Assembly: GCA_963666215.2 (NCBI GenBank)
Contig: CAXWPL010000004.1
Span: 896,001-960,000 of the forward strand
Length of the DNA stretch: 64,000 nucleotides
Direction: 5' to 3'
Source of the DNA: Acidobacteriota bacterium
Lineage (GTDB): Bacteria; Acidobacteriota; UBA890; WLXD01
Positions 49,527-60,147 of the stretch are shown piece after piece (the stretch's first letter is position 1; the number at the start of each line of letters is the position of its first letter). The translations under genes and the position numbers were made by a program. The notes beneath the pieces were generated by a model. The model had not been told where the DNA came from, did no database searches, and was given only the letters and a program-made list of their open reading frames with translations.

Positions 49527-50016
49527 ATGCGACCTCCGACCGTGGTAACGCTGACGATGAACCCCGCGGTCGACAAGTCCGTGCGCGTCGATCGTGTTCG
49601 TTCGGGCGACAGGCTGCGCTGCGACCGCCCGTCGTGGGACCCCGACGGCGGTGGCGTGAATGTGGCGCGTGTAATCCAGCGGCTCGGCGGCCAGGCCATG
49701 GCGCTGTACCCGGCCGGCGGCCCGTTGGGGGAAGTTCTGGGCCAGCTGCTCGACGACGAGGGTGTTGCCCACAGGCGCCTGCCCATCGACGGCTGGACTC
49801 GCGAGAGCTTCACGGTTACCGAGAGGAGCACCGGCCTCCAGTACCGTGTCTCCATGCCGGGGCCGCGGCTTGGAGATCGACGACGCGGTCCGCTACGGCA
49901 TCGCTGCCGGTTCCGCCACCGTGATGTCGCCCGGCACGGAGCTCTGCCGCACCGCGGAGGTCGAATCGCTCCGTCGTCAGAAGAAGGCTACTTCGCTTGC
50001 CCCCGATCACGAATGA
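49527..50016 (+). pseudogene. PfkB-family 1-phosphofructokinase-like kinase with a large internal deletion
   Basis: N-terminus TLTMNPAVD...GGGVNVAR...PGP fused out of frame near 49865 to C-terminal AVRYGIAAGSATVMSPGTELC; the GAGD motif is absent. Confidence 0.8.
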
Positions 50017-50184
50017 CACATGACGCGACCGTGATCTCCTGATGATCAGGGTGCGCCTCGGCGTCCAGCGCCGCTGGCGCGCGCAGGTCAGGTCTCGGGG
50101 TAACCTGGCGTCGCCTGACGTCCGTTATTTTGGCGTGCCAGCTCCGGCGCGCGCGCCGAGTCCGCCCACCACCACTCCACCGCC

Positions 50185-51972
50185 ATGACCTTCGAGATCG
50201 CGTTCGTCTTTCTGTTGCTGGTTGCCGTCAGCGTCGTCATGACGGCAGAGTGGTTGTCGGTCGACCTCGTGGCGCTGATGTTGATCTGCGCGCTGGTTCT
50301 GTCGGGGATCTTGACGCCCGAGGAGGCGGTCGCGGGATTCGCCAACGAGTTCATCCTGGTGTTGTGCGCCATATTCGTCCTCTCGGGCGCGCTCGTGAAG
50401 ACCGGGATCATGGAGTGGCTCGGGGGGGCGCTGTATCGGATGGGGGCGCGCAGCGAGCCGGGCGCGATTGCCTCGATCATGGGGCTGTCGTCGGGGATGT
50501 CGGCGTTCCTGAGCAACACCAACTCCACGGCGATCCTGGTTCCGGCGGTGCTCGAGTTCGCCCGCCGCAGCAAGCTCAACCCGAGCCGCCTCCTCATGCC
50601 GCTGGCCTACGCTTCGATGCTCGGCGGGGCGTGCACGCTGATTGGCACGTCGACCAACCTGGCGGCCAACGGGTTGCTGACGCGCGTGGGGCTGCGTCCG
50701 TTCTCGATGTTCGAGTTCCTGCCAGTGGGCCTATCGATGATCGTCGCCGGCACGGCCTACATGACTTTCGCCGGCCGATTGCTGCTGCCGAAGCGGGCGT
50801 CCACCAATTTCGGAGAGGAGTACGAGATCGACAAGTATCTCTCCGAGATCGAGATAGGCGCCGAGTCGGAGCTCGTGGGACAGCGGATCGACGAATCGGA
50901 GCTCGCAAGGCTGGGCGTATCGGTGCGCGCGATCGTGCGCGCTCAAGCGGGAAAAAAGAAGGAGAAGGTCTTGAGCGTGCGCGGCCGCATTCGCATCCAG
51001 GCGGGAGACCTGCTGGTGGTGCAGTCATCACGCAGCGCCCTGCTGCGCGCTGAGGAGCTTCCCAGCGTCACGCTCACCAAAACACCTTCGTGGTCGGCCG
51101 ACGATCTGGTGGGCGATGGCGTACAGCTTGCCGAAGCGGTGTTGATGCCTCACTCGACGCTCGCTGGCGTGACGCTCAAGAAAGCCCGTTTGCGCAGGAG
51201 GTACGACGTGTCGGTGCTCGCCGTGTATCGACGTGGTCATGCCCTTCCGGTGCGAATCGACGACATGGCCCTCGAGACCGGTGATGTGCTGCTGCTGCAG
51301 GGGACCGCCGAGCAGTTGCAGCTCTTCCAGTCGAGCGAGCAGGTCTGGGTGGTGGGCGAGGTGGCGCACCTTCCGTTTCGCAAGCGCAAGGGTTTCATTG
51401 CCCTGGGCGCTGTGGTGGGTGCGGTCGCTCTGAGCAGCCTCGGTCTCTTGCCATTGTCGATCGCGCTGCTGGTCGCCACGCTGGTCGTAGTGCTCGCCAA
51501 GGTGGTTGCTGTGGAGGAGATGTACGCGCTTGTGGAGTGGCCGCTGATCGTCCTCATCGGTGGCATGACGTCGGTTGGCGTCGCGCTCGAGAAAACGGGC
51601 GGCGCAGACCTCATGGCCAATTGGATTGCCAACGCGTTCGAGCCGATGGGAACCTACGCTCTGCTGGGCGCGTTCTCGGTAATCACGATGCTGCTCACCC
51701 AACCAATGTCGAACGCCGCGGCGGCTCTTGTGGTGCTGCCGGTAGCGCTATCGACGGCAACCGTCGTTGGCCTGGAACCGCGGTCGCTCGCGGTTCTCGT
51801 AACGCTGTCTGCGTCGCTGTCGTTCATCGCGCCACTCGAGCCCTCATGCTTGCTGGTTTTCGCGCCAGGCAAGTATCGCTTCCGTGATTTCATCGTCGCT
51901 GGTCTTCCGATGACGGTGATCGCTCTGGTCGTTCTGCTGGTGATTGTCCCTATCGTCTGGCCGTTGGGATAG
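50185..51972 (+). CDS. SLC13/CitMHS permease with TrkA-C domains
   Basis: SAFLSNT, GGACTLIGTSTNL, two TrkA-C blocks, MSNAAAA. Confidence 0.9.
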   Translation: MTFEIAFVFLLLVAVSVVMTAEWLSVDLVALMLICALVLSGILTPEEAVAGFANEFILVLCAIFVLSGALVKTGIMEWLGGALYRMGARSEPGAIASIMGLSSGMSAFLSNTNSTAILVPAVLEFARRSKLNPSRLLMPLAYASMLGGACTLIGTSTNLAANGLLTRVGLRPFSMFEFLPVGLSMIVAGTAYMTFAGRLLLPKRASTNFGEEYEIDKYLSEIEIGAESELVGQRIDESELARLGVSVRAIVRAQAGKKKEKVLSVRGRIRIQAGDLLVVQSSRSALLRAEELPSVTLTKTPSWSADDLVGDGVQLAEAVLMPHSTLAGVTLKKARLRRRYDVSVLAVYRRGHALPVRIDDMALETGDVLLLQGTAEQLQLFQSSEQVWVVGEVAHLPFRKRKGFIALGAVVGAVALSSLGLLPLSIALLVATLVVVLAKVVAVEEMYALVEWPLIVLIGGMTSVGVALEKTGGADLMANWIANAFEPMGTYALLGAFSVITMLLTQPMSNAAAALVVLPVALSTATVVGLEPRSLAVLVTLSASLSFIAPLEPSCLLVFAPGKYRFRDFIVAGLPMTVIALVVLLVIVPIVWPLG

Positions 51973-52037
51973 GATCACCCGTCAACCTCGGCTCCCCCGC
52001 CACCCCGTCCGTCAGGTTCGGTCTCAAGGGGCGAACT

Positions 52038-52632
52038 GTGTGGAATGGACTTCGACGGCTGCTGGGCCTGGGGAGCGGCGGTGGCCCGGCGCTCGAAACC
52101 GTCCGCAGCATTCCCGACCGCGATTGGGATGGCCCACTCATCGAGCTCGACGGGCTCTCGAAGGTTTTCATCGTCGGTGACGTGCAAACGCACGCACTCC
52201 GCGACGTTCACCTGAAGATCCAGCGCGGCGAGTTCGTTGGAGTCGACGGCCCTTCCGGCTCGGGCAAGACCACACTGCTGTCCGTCGTCGGGCTGCTCGA
52301 CTCGCCTTCGGCGGGCAGCTACACGCTGAACGGTGTTGATGTAACGAACGTCAACGCCGCGCACCGGGCTTGGCTGCGCAACCGCGAGATCGGCTTTATC
52401 TTTCAGAGCTTCAACTTGATTGGTGATCTCAGCGTGTTCGAAAACGTCGAGCTGCCGCTCACCTACCATGGTATGGCGGCCTCGGAACGTCGAGACCGTG
52501 TTGCGGCGGTGCTCGACAGCGTCGACATGACGGCGCGAACCAAGCAGATGCCCGGGCAGCTGTCCGGTGGTCAGCAGCAGCGCGTCGCCGTTGCGCGAGC
52601 GATTGTGGTGGAGAGCTCCTGCTGGCCGACGA
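52038..52632 (+). pseudogene. LolD/MacB-type ABC ATPase, truncated at Walker B
   Basis: GPSGSGKTT, FQSFNL, LSGGQQQRVAVARA; LLLAD is out of frame; D-loop and H-loop missing. Confidence 0.8.
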
Positions 52633-52690
52633 CCGCGGCTGATCCCGAGCTGGCGCCTCACACCTGGCCGCAATCGGATCGTCGGCCAGT

Positions 52691-53170
52691 TCAGCTGCGG
52701 GTGGAGGGCGCCTGCACGAACTGACCGCTGTCGAGCACGATGTCGGGAGCGTAGACGCCTTTGTCCCAGTGATCGGGCGGCTCCGGGCCGGCAGCCTGGT
52801 CGGAGCCCAGCGACGTGAGTCGATAGCTCTTGCTGGTGCCGGTGTAGATCCAGGGGTTTCCCCACGCATCCGACGTCGATAGCTTGTCGATGAGCCCGCT
52901 TTCGATGAGCTCGTCGACGCTCTTGGCGTAGCGACTCTTCTTGCCGCGGAACGTCTCGTTCGCGGTGGAGAACGCCCGCATGTCCGCCAGCGTCTTCTCT
53001 TGAAAGACGCGGTTCATGAGCGGGCTGCCGCCCTCCTCAACCGTGGCCGAGCTCATGCCCATGTACTTCGCCACCGAGGGCATCAGCGTGCCCATCAGAA
53101 CAACAACCACAACGCCTCCAAGGAGGCTGGTCATCGCTGACCCACGCTCGTCGCTGAATCCAGTGTGCAC
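52691..53170 (-). CDS. GspG-like pseudopilin domain protein
   Basis: ERG followed by a hydrophobic helix (prepilin-like); DAWGNPWIY...YRLTSLGSD. Confidence 0.7.
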   Translation of the reverse strand: MHTGFSDERGSAMTSLLGGVVVVVLMGTLMPSVAKYMGMSSATVEEGGSPLMNRVFQEKTLADMRAFSTANETFRGKKSRYAKSVDELIESGLIDKLSTSDAWGNPWIYTGTSKSYRLTSLGSDQAAGPEPPDHWDKGVYAPDIVLDSGQFVQAPSTRS

Positions 53171-53401
53171 GGATCACCTCTGAGGTTGGGACGCCGGACG
53201 CGTAACAAAGTAACAGCGTGATCGTGGACCGCCAAAGCCGAAAGTGGCGGCGGCGAAAAGTGCAAAATGCTGCAACGCTCCGCTGTCCTCGCGAAGAGTC
53301 GCTGCGCTGGTGGCGACAGCGCTAGCGATGCATCCGGACGCGGGGCGACTTTGGCCTGAGACGCCCCGTGCCCGGTGTTAACCGTGTCGCAGCGTGACGG
53401 G

Positions 53402-54811
53402 GGGGATGTCACAGGCTCCGTTGAAAAAGGGTGACGGTGATCCGACCTCGATAGTGTGTCGGGGTCAATCCACTGGCATGGAGGATCACCGTCATGAGCA
53501 AGAGTCGCAGAACAGAGACAAGTAGGAAAGCGGAGCGCCAAGAGAACCCGCTCCTGGAGGCAGTGGTAGCGGCGCGATCGGATCTACGAGCGCTGGTCAT
53601 GGACGCGGGCTTCGGGGTGTTGGGTTCGCTGCTGGAAGAAGACCGGGCGGAGCTCTGCGGAGAGCGCTACGCGCGGTCACAGCAGCGGCGGGCGTACCGA
53701 CACGGCTACGACGAGGGCTCGCTGGTGATGGGCGGCCGGCGGGTCAAGGTACGCAAGCCGCGGGCTCGGAGCGTCGATGGCCAAGAGCTGCCGCTGCCGC
53801 ACTGGGAGAGGTTCAAGGCAACAGATCCGCTCGAAGAGCGCGCCGTAGAGCAGATCCTGTGCGGCGTCACGACGCGCAAGTACGAGCGCTCGTTAGAGCA
53901 GCTCGACGACGGGCGAGCTTCGTCGGGAACGAGTCGCTCGAGTGTGTCGCGGCGGTTCGTAGCGCGTACAGCCAAGCAGGTGCAGCAGTACCTGGCCCAA
54001 CCGCTCAATGAAGTGGACCTGCCGGTGCTGGTGATCGACGGCACGCACATGGGCAAGCACTTGTTGGTGGATCGCCATGGGCATCGACGCGGACGGCGTC
54101 AAGCATGTGCTGGGTGTCGTAGAGGGCACCACGGAGAGCTCCCACGTGTGCCGGTCGCTGCTGCGGCAGTTGATCGAGCGCGGCATGCCCGTCGAACGGG
54201 CGCGGTTGGTGGTAATCGATGGCTCCAAGGGCCTCCGTAAAGCAGTGCGCGACACGTTCGGCGAGTGGGCCCTGATCCAGCGCTGCCGTGTCCACAAGAT
54301 CAAGAATGTATTGGAGCATCTGCCAGGGCATATCCGGCCCTGGTTCGCAGCCAAGATCCGCAAGGCGTGGAAGGCGGAGACGGCCACGGCAGCGACCAAG
54401 CAGCTCGACGCCGTGGTCAAGGAGCTGGAGACCGATCACCCCGGTGCAGCGGCCTCGCTCAGAGAAGGAATGCAAGAGACGCTCACCGTCACTCGGCTCC
54501 GAGTTCAGGGGCCGCTGCTTCGGACGTTACGTTCAACGAATACGATCGAGAACCTGAACGGGACGATCAAACACGTCAGCCGCAACGTAAAGCGGTGGCG
54601 CTCCGGGAGCATGATCGTTCGATGGGCGGTTACTGCACTCATCGAGGCCGAGAGCAAGTTCCGGAGGGTTCGTGGCTACCGCGACATCGCCAAGCTCGAT
54701 GCCGCACTCAACACCGCCGTCGACGTTCCCCTTGAGCAGGAGCGCCGTACTGCGTAACAATCCCCAACCACTTCACCGTCGCCTTAGTTCAACGGACGGT
54801 GGGACATCCCC
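53402..54811 (+). mobile_element. IS256-family element, copy 2 (full length)
   Basis: Same inverted repeats as copy 1; no target duplication seen. Confidence 0.9.
53494..54757 (+). pseudogene. IS256 transposase, +1 frameshift near 54070
   Basis: TTGGTGGATC versus TTGGTGATC in copy 1; removing one G gives 420 aa. Confidence 0.85.
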
Positions 54812-56263
54812 GTTCTCGTCCATGTCGCGCCACGTAATCGTGCCGCCGTAGCTGCCGGCGTAAACAACTTCGTTGCTGCGCGGGTCAACGGCAATGTGGC
54901 CGCTCTCGCCGCCACCCACCGACTGGAACTCGGCGCCGAAGTCGCCACCGCCGCCGAAGCCGCCGGCGCGGCGGGAAGACAGACGCGCCGTAGAGTTGTC
55001 CTGCTGGGCGCCGTAGACGCGGTAGGGATGCTCCTGGTCGACGGTGATGCGATAGATCTCGGCGGTAGGCTGGTTGCGCTGGTGGCTCCAGCTGACGCCG
55101 GCGTTGAAGCTGACGTTGGCGCCGCCGTCATTGGAGTTGATCATGACCTTGGGATTGTTCGGGTTGATCCAAAGGTCGTGGTTGTCGCCGTGCGGCACGC
55201 GCAAGCGGGTGTCGAAGGTGCGGCCGCCGTCCGTCGACTTGAGCATGCCGGTGTTGAGCGCGTAGACCGTGTCTTCGTCCTGCGGGTCGGCGAAGATGTG
55301 GATGTAGTACCAGGCGCGTTGCTGCAGGCTGCGGTCGCTGTTGGTGCGCCGCCAGGAGTCGCCACCGTCGTCGGAGCGATAGACGCCGCCCTGGTCTTCA
55401 GTGGCCTCGATGAGCGCCCACATGCGATCGGAGTTGGCCGGCGAGATAGCGACGGAAGTCTTACCCATCATCGACGTCGGCAGGCCATTCTCGAGACGCT
55501 CCCAGGTGTCGCCGCCGTCCTTGGTGCGATAGATGCCGTCGTCCTCGCTTCCGGAGTCGATCGTCCAGGGCTTGCGCTCGGCAGTCCAGATGCTCGTCAG
55601 CAGAATGCGTGGGTTGTTGGGATCGATCTCGATGTCGACGGAGCCGGTGTTGTCGTCGATGTAGAGAACCTTGTCCCACGTGTCACCGCCGTCCATCGAG
55701 CGGTAAACGCCGCGCTCCTCGCCGGCCCCGAAGATGTTGCCGAGCACCGCCGCGTAAACCACGTTGTGGTTGCTCGGGTGGACCGCGATCTTGCCCACCT
55801 GGGCGCGCATAGGCAGCACCTTGCTCCAGTTCTTGCCAGCGTCGGTGGAACGATAGATGCCGTCGCCCGCCGAGACGTTGCCTCGCGGGCACGCCGAGCC
55901 GGTGCCCGCGTAGATGACGTTGGCGTCGGATGGCGCAACCGCGATGGCGCCGATCGTCCCGACACCGAAGAAACCATCGGAGACGTTGTTCCAGCTCGTC
56001 CCGGCATCGGCGGTTTTCCACAGGCCACCGCCGCTGGCGCCAAAGTAGTACGTCAGCGGATCATCGACGACGCCGGCGACAGCTGTGGAGCGGCCACCAC
56101 GCGTGAAGTTGAGCGAGCGGAACTCGAGGCCATCGAGTACCTGCGGGTCGATGGTGGCATGGTCGTCGTTGTTGTCCTGCGCCACCGCCGGCATTGGATT
56201 GAGCGCCGCGGTGGCGACGAGCAAGGCCGTGAAGAAAGAAGCGAGAAGCAGGGACTTCTTCAT
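54812..56263 (-). pseudogene. BNR/VPS10-like glycosyl hydrolase, 3'-truncated by IS256
   Basis: Signal peptide, S.D.G.W Asp-boxes, GGGESG; the frame runs into the IS end. Confidence 0.85.
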
Positions 56264-56414
56264 GGGGAGCACTCTCGGTGACTGCGGGCGCAGGTTCGAG
56301 TTTCGGAGTGGGCCGTGGCGGACTTGGTTGCCGGCCGGCTATTCGAGCCCGCCGGGCTGTGTGCAGATGAGCGGATCAACCTCCACGATGGGGGCCGTCC
56401 AAGATTACTCTGGA

Positions 56415-58499
56415 CTATTCAACATATCCGAGCGCGCGCAGACGCTGCAGCGTCTCTTCATCGATCGCGACGGTGCTCTGGTCGAGCTCGCCGAGCACGA
56501 GTCGCTTGGCCTGCTGTCGCTGCATCTCCTGCCAAAGACGGCGGCGCAGTTCCTCCGCCACCTCGGGTCGGGCTACTGCGAGATTGCGCTCCTCACCCGC
56601 GTCGGCGGCGAGATGGTACAACTCGGTCGAGTAGCTGCGAAAGAGGTGGGGCGGCAGCTGCCTCGCGTCGTCGGCTGGGAGACGTAGCTGCCGGGGAAAC
56701 AGAGCATCAAGCGGCAGGGCAAGACGTGCCGGAGTGAGGATGAGCTTCCAGGCGCCGGCTCGCAGCCCCTGCACCGGATATGTGGCGGTGTTGCGTGCTC
56801 CCACCCGCACCGCGCGCACGTCAGCCGGCAGCGGTGCCGAGTGCTGAGCGAGGTAGCGAACGAGGCTCGTCCCTTCAAGAGCCACGGGTGCGCGCAGGCC
56901 GAGCAGCTCAGTCAGCGTCGGTAGCACGTCGACGCCGCTCACGGGGACGGCTATTCGCGCGGGTCCGAACGCCCGGTGAGCGATGACGAGCGGGATGTGA
57001 GCCGTTGGTTCGTAGGCGTACTTGCCATGCGAGAACAAGTATTCGTGCTCAGCCATGCTTTCGCCGTGGTCGGCTGTGAACAGCACGAGGGCGTCGGGGA
57101 GGTCACGCCCGAGCTGCTCGAGAAACGCCCCGACATGCTCGTCGAGGTAGGCGATCTCGCCGTCGTACTGCGAAACGAAATAGTCCGCGCTTCGTAGTTG
57201 TGCCTGGCTCAGGCCAAGCTGCCCCCATTCGGGGCCGAGGAGGTCACGCGTTGCGAGTCGGCTACTTGCGGCGCGGCCGCCCCAAAGGTCCCAAAGACGC
57301 GTACGGGTCGCAGACGCGGGCTCCAAGCGAAGGTCGGCAAGCTCGCCGTAGATCGCGTCGTGGGCGAACATCTGATCGTAGGGCCTGGGCGGCAGGTAGG
57401 GCGTGTGAGGATCCATCAGGTGCACCCAGAGAAAGAAAGCGTTCTTCGCGTCGCTCCGTTCCGTGACGTACCGTGCAGACTCGGCGATCACGTCCTCGGC
57501 CCTCGCCGTGTCGGGTTGTGGATGCCACTCGTCGAAGCCCTGGTGGTAGTTGAAGTCGCGATTGGTGATCGCCGGGTTGGTGACGAAGGCAGCCGTGTCG
57601 TAGTCGGCCTCGGAGAACAACTCGGCCATCGTTGACAGAGCCCCAGCGAGTCGGCTCGGATGTCGACCCACGCCGTGCAGTTCCGGGTAGAGCCCTGTCA
57701 TGATCGAGGCCACTGCCGGTGCCGTGTAGGTGCGCGTCGCCACGGCGTTGTCGAACACGGCGTGGTTCGCCGCCCACGCGTCGAGATTCGGTGTCGTTGA
57801 GCGCCCATAGCCGTACAGCGACATATGCGTGGCGCGCAGCGTGTCGACCGTGATCAGCACCACCGAATTGCCGGCGAGCGGCTGCGACCCTACGCCCGTA
57901 TCCGGAAACAACTCAGGTGGCGCCGGGACCTTCACACCCGCCGGCGCGATCCATCCGACGACTCCGCCGACGAACAGAACCCACGACGCGACGACCGCGA
58001 AGCGCAGGGGAGCCCCACGAGCTGGCGTTTTCACCAGCGCGTAGGCCAACAGGCCGCCTACACAGGCGGCCGCCAGCATCAGCGCCAAGGCTCCGGCGAG
58101 CGCCGCGAGTGCCGACGTATCTCGTGGGAGTCCGCGTGGAAAGGCTTCGCCGAGAAGAAAATAGACGAGTGTGCCCGCACCCACACTTGCCACCAGAACC
58201 CCAGCCGTGGCCGCTGCTCGCGCCGGCTGCCATCGGCGCGAGCACAACGTGGCAACCACCGCGGTCAGGGCCGCCGCAACCACCAAAATCGGCGACGAGG
58301 TCGTCCAGAGCCGCAGGGCGATAAGAATCGGGCGGGCGCCGAGGTGCTCTCGCAGCGCCGGGTAGATTGCCATCGCAACGACCGTCTCGACGACGATCGC
58401 GAGGGCGCCGAGCGGCAGCAATCCAGCCGCGATACGTCGGAAGAGATCGCGAACGGCCACCGGTCGATCGGGCAGTGTCGTCTGCAAGAGCGAGGTCAA
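56415..58499 (-). CDS. Membrane-anchored sulfatase-like hydrolase
   Basis: N-terminal TM helices; TVDTLRA, MDPHTPY, ADHGES, LRALGYV. Confidence 0.85.
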   Translation of the reverse strand: MTSLLQTTLPDRPVAVRDLFRRIAAGLLPLGALAIVVETVVAMAIYPALREHLGARPILIALRLWTTSSPILVVAAALTAVVATLCSRRWQPARAAATAGVLVASVGAGTLVYFLLGEAFPRGLPRDTSALAALAGALALMLAAACVGGLLAYALVKTPARGAPLRFAVVASWVLFVGGVVGWIAPAGVKVPAPPELFPDTGVGSQPLAGNSVVLITVDTLRATHMSLYGYGRSTTPNLDAWAANHAVFDNAVATRTYTAPAVASIMTGLYPELHGVGRHPSRLAGALSTMAELFSEADYDTAAFVTNPAITNRDFNYHQGFDEWHPQPDTARAEDVIAESARYVTERSDAKNAFFLWVHLMDPHTPYLPPRPYDQMFAHDAIYGELADLRLEPASATRTRLWDLWGGRAASSRLATRDLLGPEWGQLGLSQAQLRSADYFVSQYDGEIAYLDEHVGAFLEQLGRDLPDALVLFTADHGESMAEHEYLFSHGKYAYEPTAHIPLVIAHRAFGPARIAVPVSGVDVLPTLTELLGLRAPVALEGTSLVRYLAQHSAPLPADVRAVRVGARNTATYPVQGLRAGAWKLILTPARLALPLDALFPRQLRLPADDARQLPPHLFRSYSTELYHLAADAGEERNLAVARPEVAEELRRRLWQEMQRQQAKRLVLGELDQSTVAIDEETLQRLRALGYVE

Positions 58500-58562
58500 G
58501 ACGTTGGTGGCGAGGGCGGCCTCCCGGGTGCAACAGCCGCCGGCCGGTGGATGACGGTCGAC

Positions 58563-58742
58563 CTAGGCGGTCTCGGCCGACTTGGCCGATTTGTCGGACT
58601 CGGCCGGCGCAGTCAGACAAGGGTCGCAAACGAACTTGGCTTCGATCTCGGCCAAGTTACCGTCTACGTGGAGGTGGGTAACGCGCTTGGGTTTCCCGCA
58701 CTGGGTGCATTGGAGCTGGTAGACCTCCAGAATCGAAACCAT
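58563..58742 (-). CDS. Small putative zinc-ribbon protein
   Basis: CTQC...CDPC; GAGGTGGAG RBS. Confidence 0.55.
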   Translation of the reverse strand: MVSILEVYQLQCTQCGKPKRVTHLHVDGNLAEIEAKFVCDPCLTAPAESDKSAKSAETA

Positions 58743-58867
58743 GGGCTCCACCTCTGCGTAGAGTGTGTTCTGAACCGAACCGTGGGCAGCGAGATGCTAC
58801 CGCCCGAATCGCGAGAGCGATAGGAGGCCGAACGGGCCTTGGCTTCCTCGGTCGAACCGGAAGGTCG

Positions 58868-60109
58868 CTAGGCGACGGCTTCCGCGACGGCGCCGAGCGC
58901 GCGCCGGAGGCGTGCGGCGAGCTCGGTGGGGTTGAACGGCTTGAAGACGTAGTCGTCGGCGCCGAGGGCGACGGCACGAGCCACGTGTTCCTCTTCCTGG
59001 CTCGAGCTCAGCAGAAGCACCGGGATGTCCCGTGTTTCCGGCGATCGCTTGAGCGTCTCGAGAACCTCCAAGCCACTGACCCCGTGCATCTCGATGTCGA
59101 GAACAATCGCGTCGGGCTCGGCTTCGGCCACGGCCTGCAGCGCCGTAGCTCCGCAAGTAGCCACGTGCACGCTCATGCCGTGGCAGGCCAGCATGGTCTC
59201 GAGGAGTGTCGTGATCATCACGTCATCCTCGACGACGACAATCCTTGGCTTGCCACCGGTCCGGCTTCGAGCTGCCGTGCCGCTGTCGACGACCACGGGC
59301 TTCGCCCGCACGAGTCGAGCGGCTCTCAGCGCGAGCTCTCTTGCGTCGAGCGGCGACGTGACGAAATCGAGCGACATTTGCGGTCGCGAGACCTGGGCGA
59401 GGTAGTCGGCGGAGTCCACCATCAGAAGAGCGCACTTCGCATCGGCGAAGCTTTCCAGTGCGATCCAGTGTTCGCGGCTCAGGCCAGCGCGATAGATCGC
59501 CAGGTCGAAGCTTTCGGGCCAAGCGGGCTGGTCCACGAGCAGGCGATCGTTCGCGCACTCGGCAACGTCCGCACCGTAGCTGGAGAGGCACTCGTTGGCC
59601 AAAACGAGCTGGAGAGGCACTCGTTGGCCAAAACGAGCTCTTCGTCTGAAAGGCCCACAACCGCGGTCCGCTTGTCGCGAAGGGCTTCGACCCATTGCTG
59701 GTTTTCTTCGATCATCTCAGTGGCTTTGTGCAGCGCTTCGTAGGCAGAAGCGCTCGAGGTTCTCGGCGGCATCGGCCAGATGCTCGCGCAGGTCGGGAAG
59801 CAGCAGATCCAACAGGTCAAGACGCGCCTCGCGGGCCAGCATCTCTACGCGCGCCGCTAGGCGCTGAAGCTGAATGGCGCCGACGGTACCAGCGCTGCCG
59901 CGGAGGGTATGGGCGGCTCGCTGAACCTCGTCGAAGTCGCGGGAAGAAACACCATGACCGATCTGCCCAACCAGCTCACTGCCGCAGATCCGCAGCGTCG
60001 TAACTAGCTGCTCGAGCAGTTCGAGGCCGCCGAAGTCGCGGATTCCCGCCGCCACCTGGGTGTCGATGGCCAGCTCGACCCGCGCGCTTTCCTCTCGCGT
60101 TTCGCCCAC
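58868..60109 (-). pseudogene. Hpt domain plus response-regulator receiver protein, two frameshifts
   Basis: AAHTLRGSAGTVGA (Hpt); VVEDD, LDIEM, DYVFKPF (REC); shifts near 59745 and at a 29-bp duplication. Confidence 0.75.
59578..59639. repeat. 29-bp perfect tandem duplication
   Basis: AGCTGGAGAGGCACTCGTTGGCCAAAACG x2, followed by AGCT. Confidence 0.95.
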
Positions 60110-60147
60110 GGCTGCTCCTCTCGGCCTACTTGCAGGGTCTCCCTAAG

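Noticed and set aside
54070-54077. Programmed frameshift in the IS256 transposase
   Set aside because: Copy 1 is in frame at this position, there is no slippery heptamer, and IS256 transposases are single ORFs
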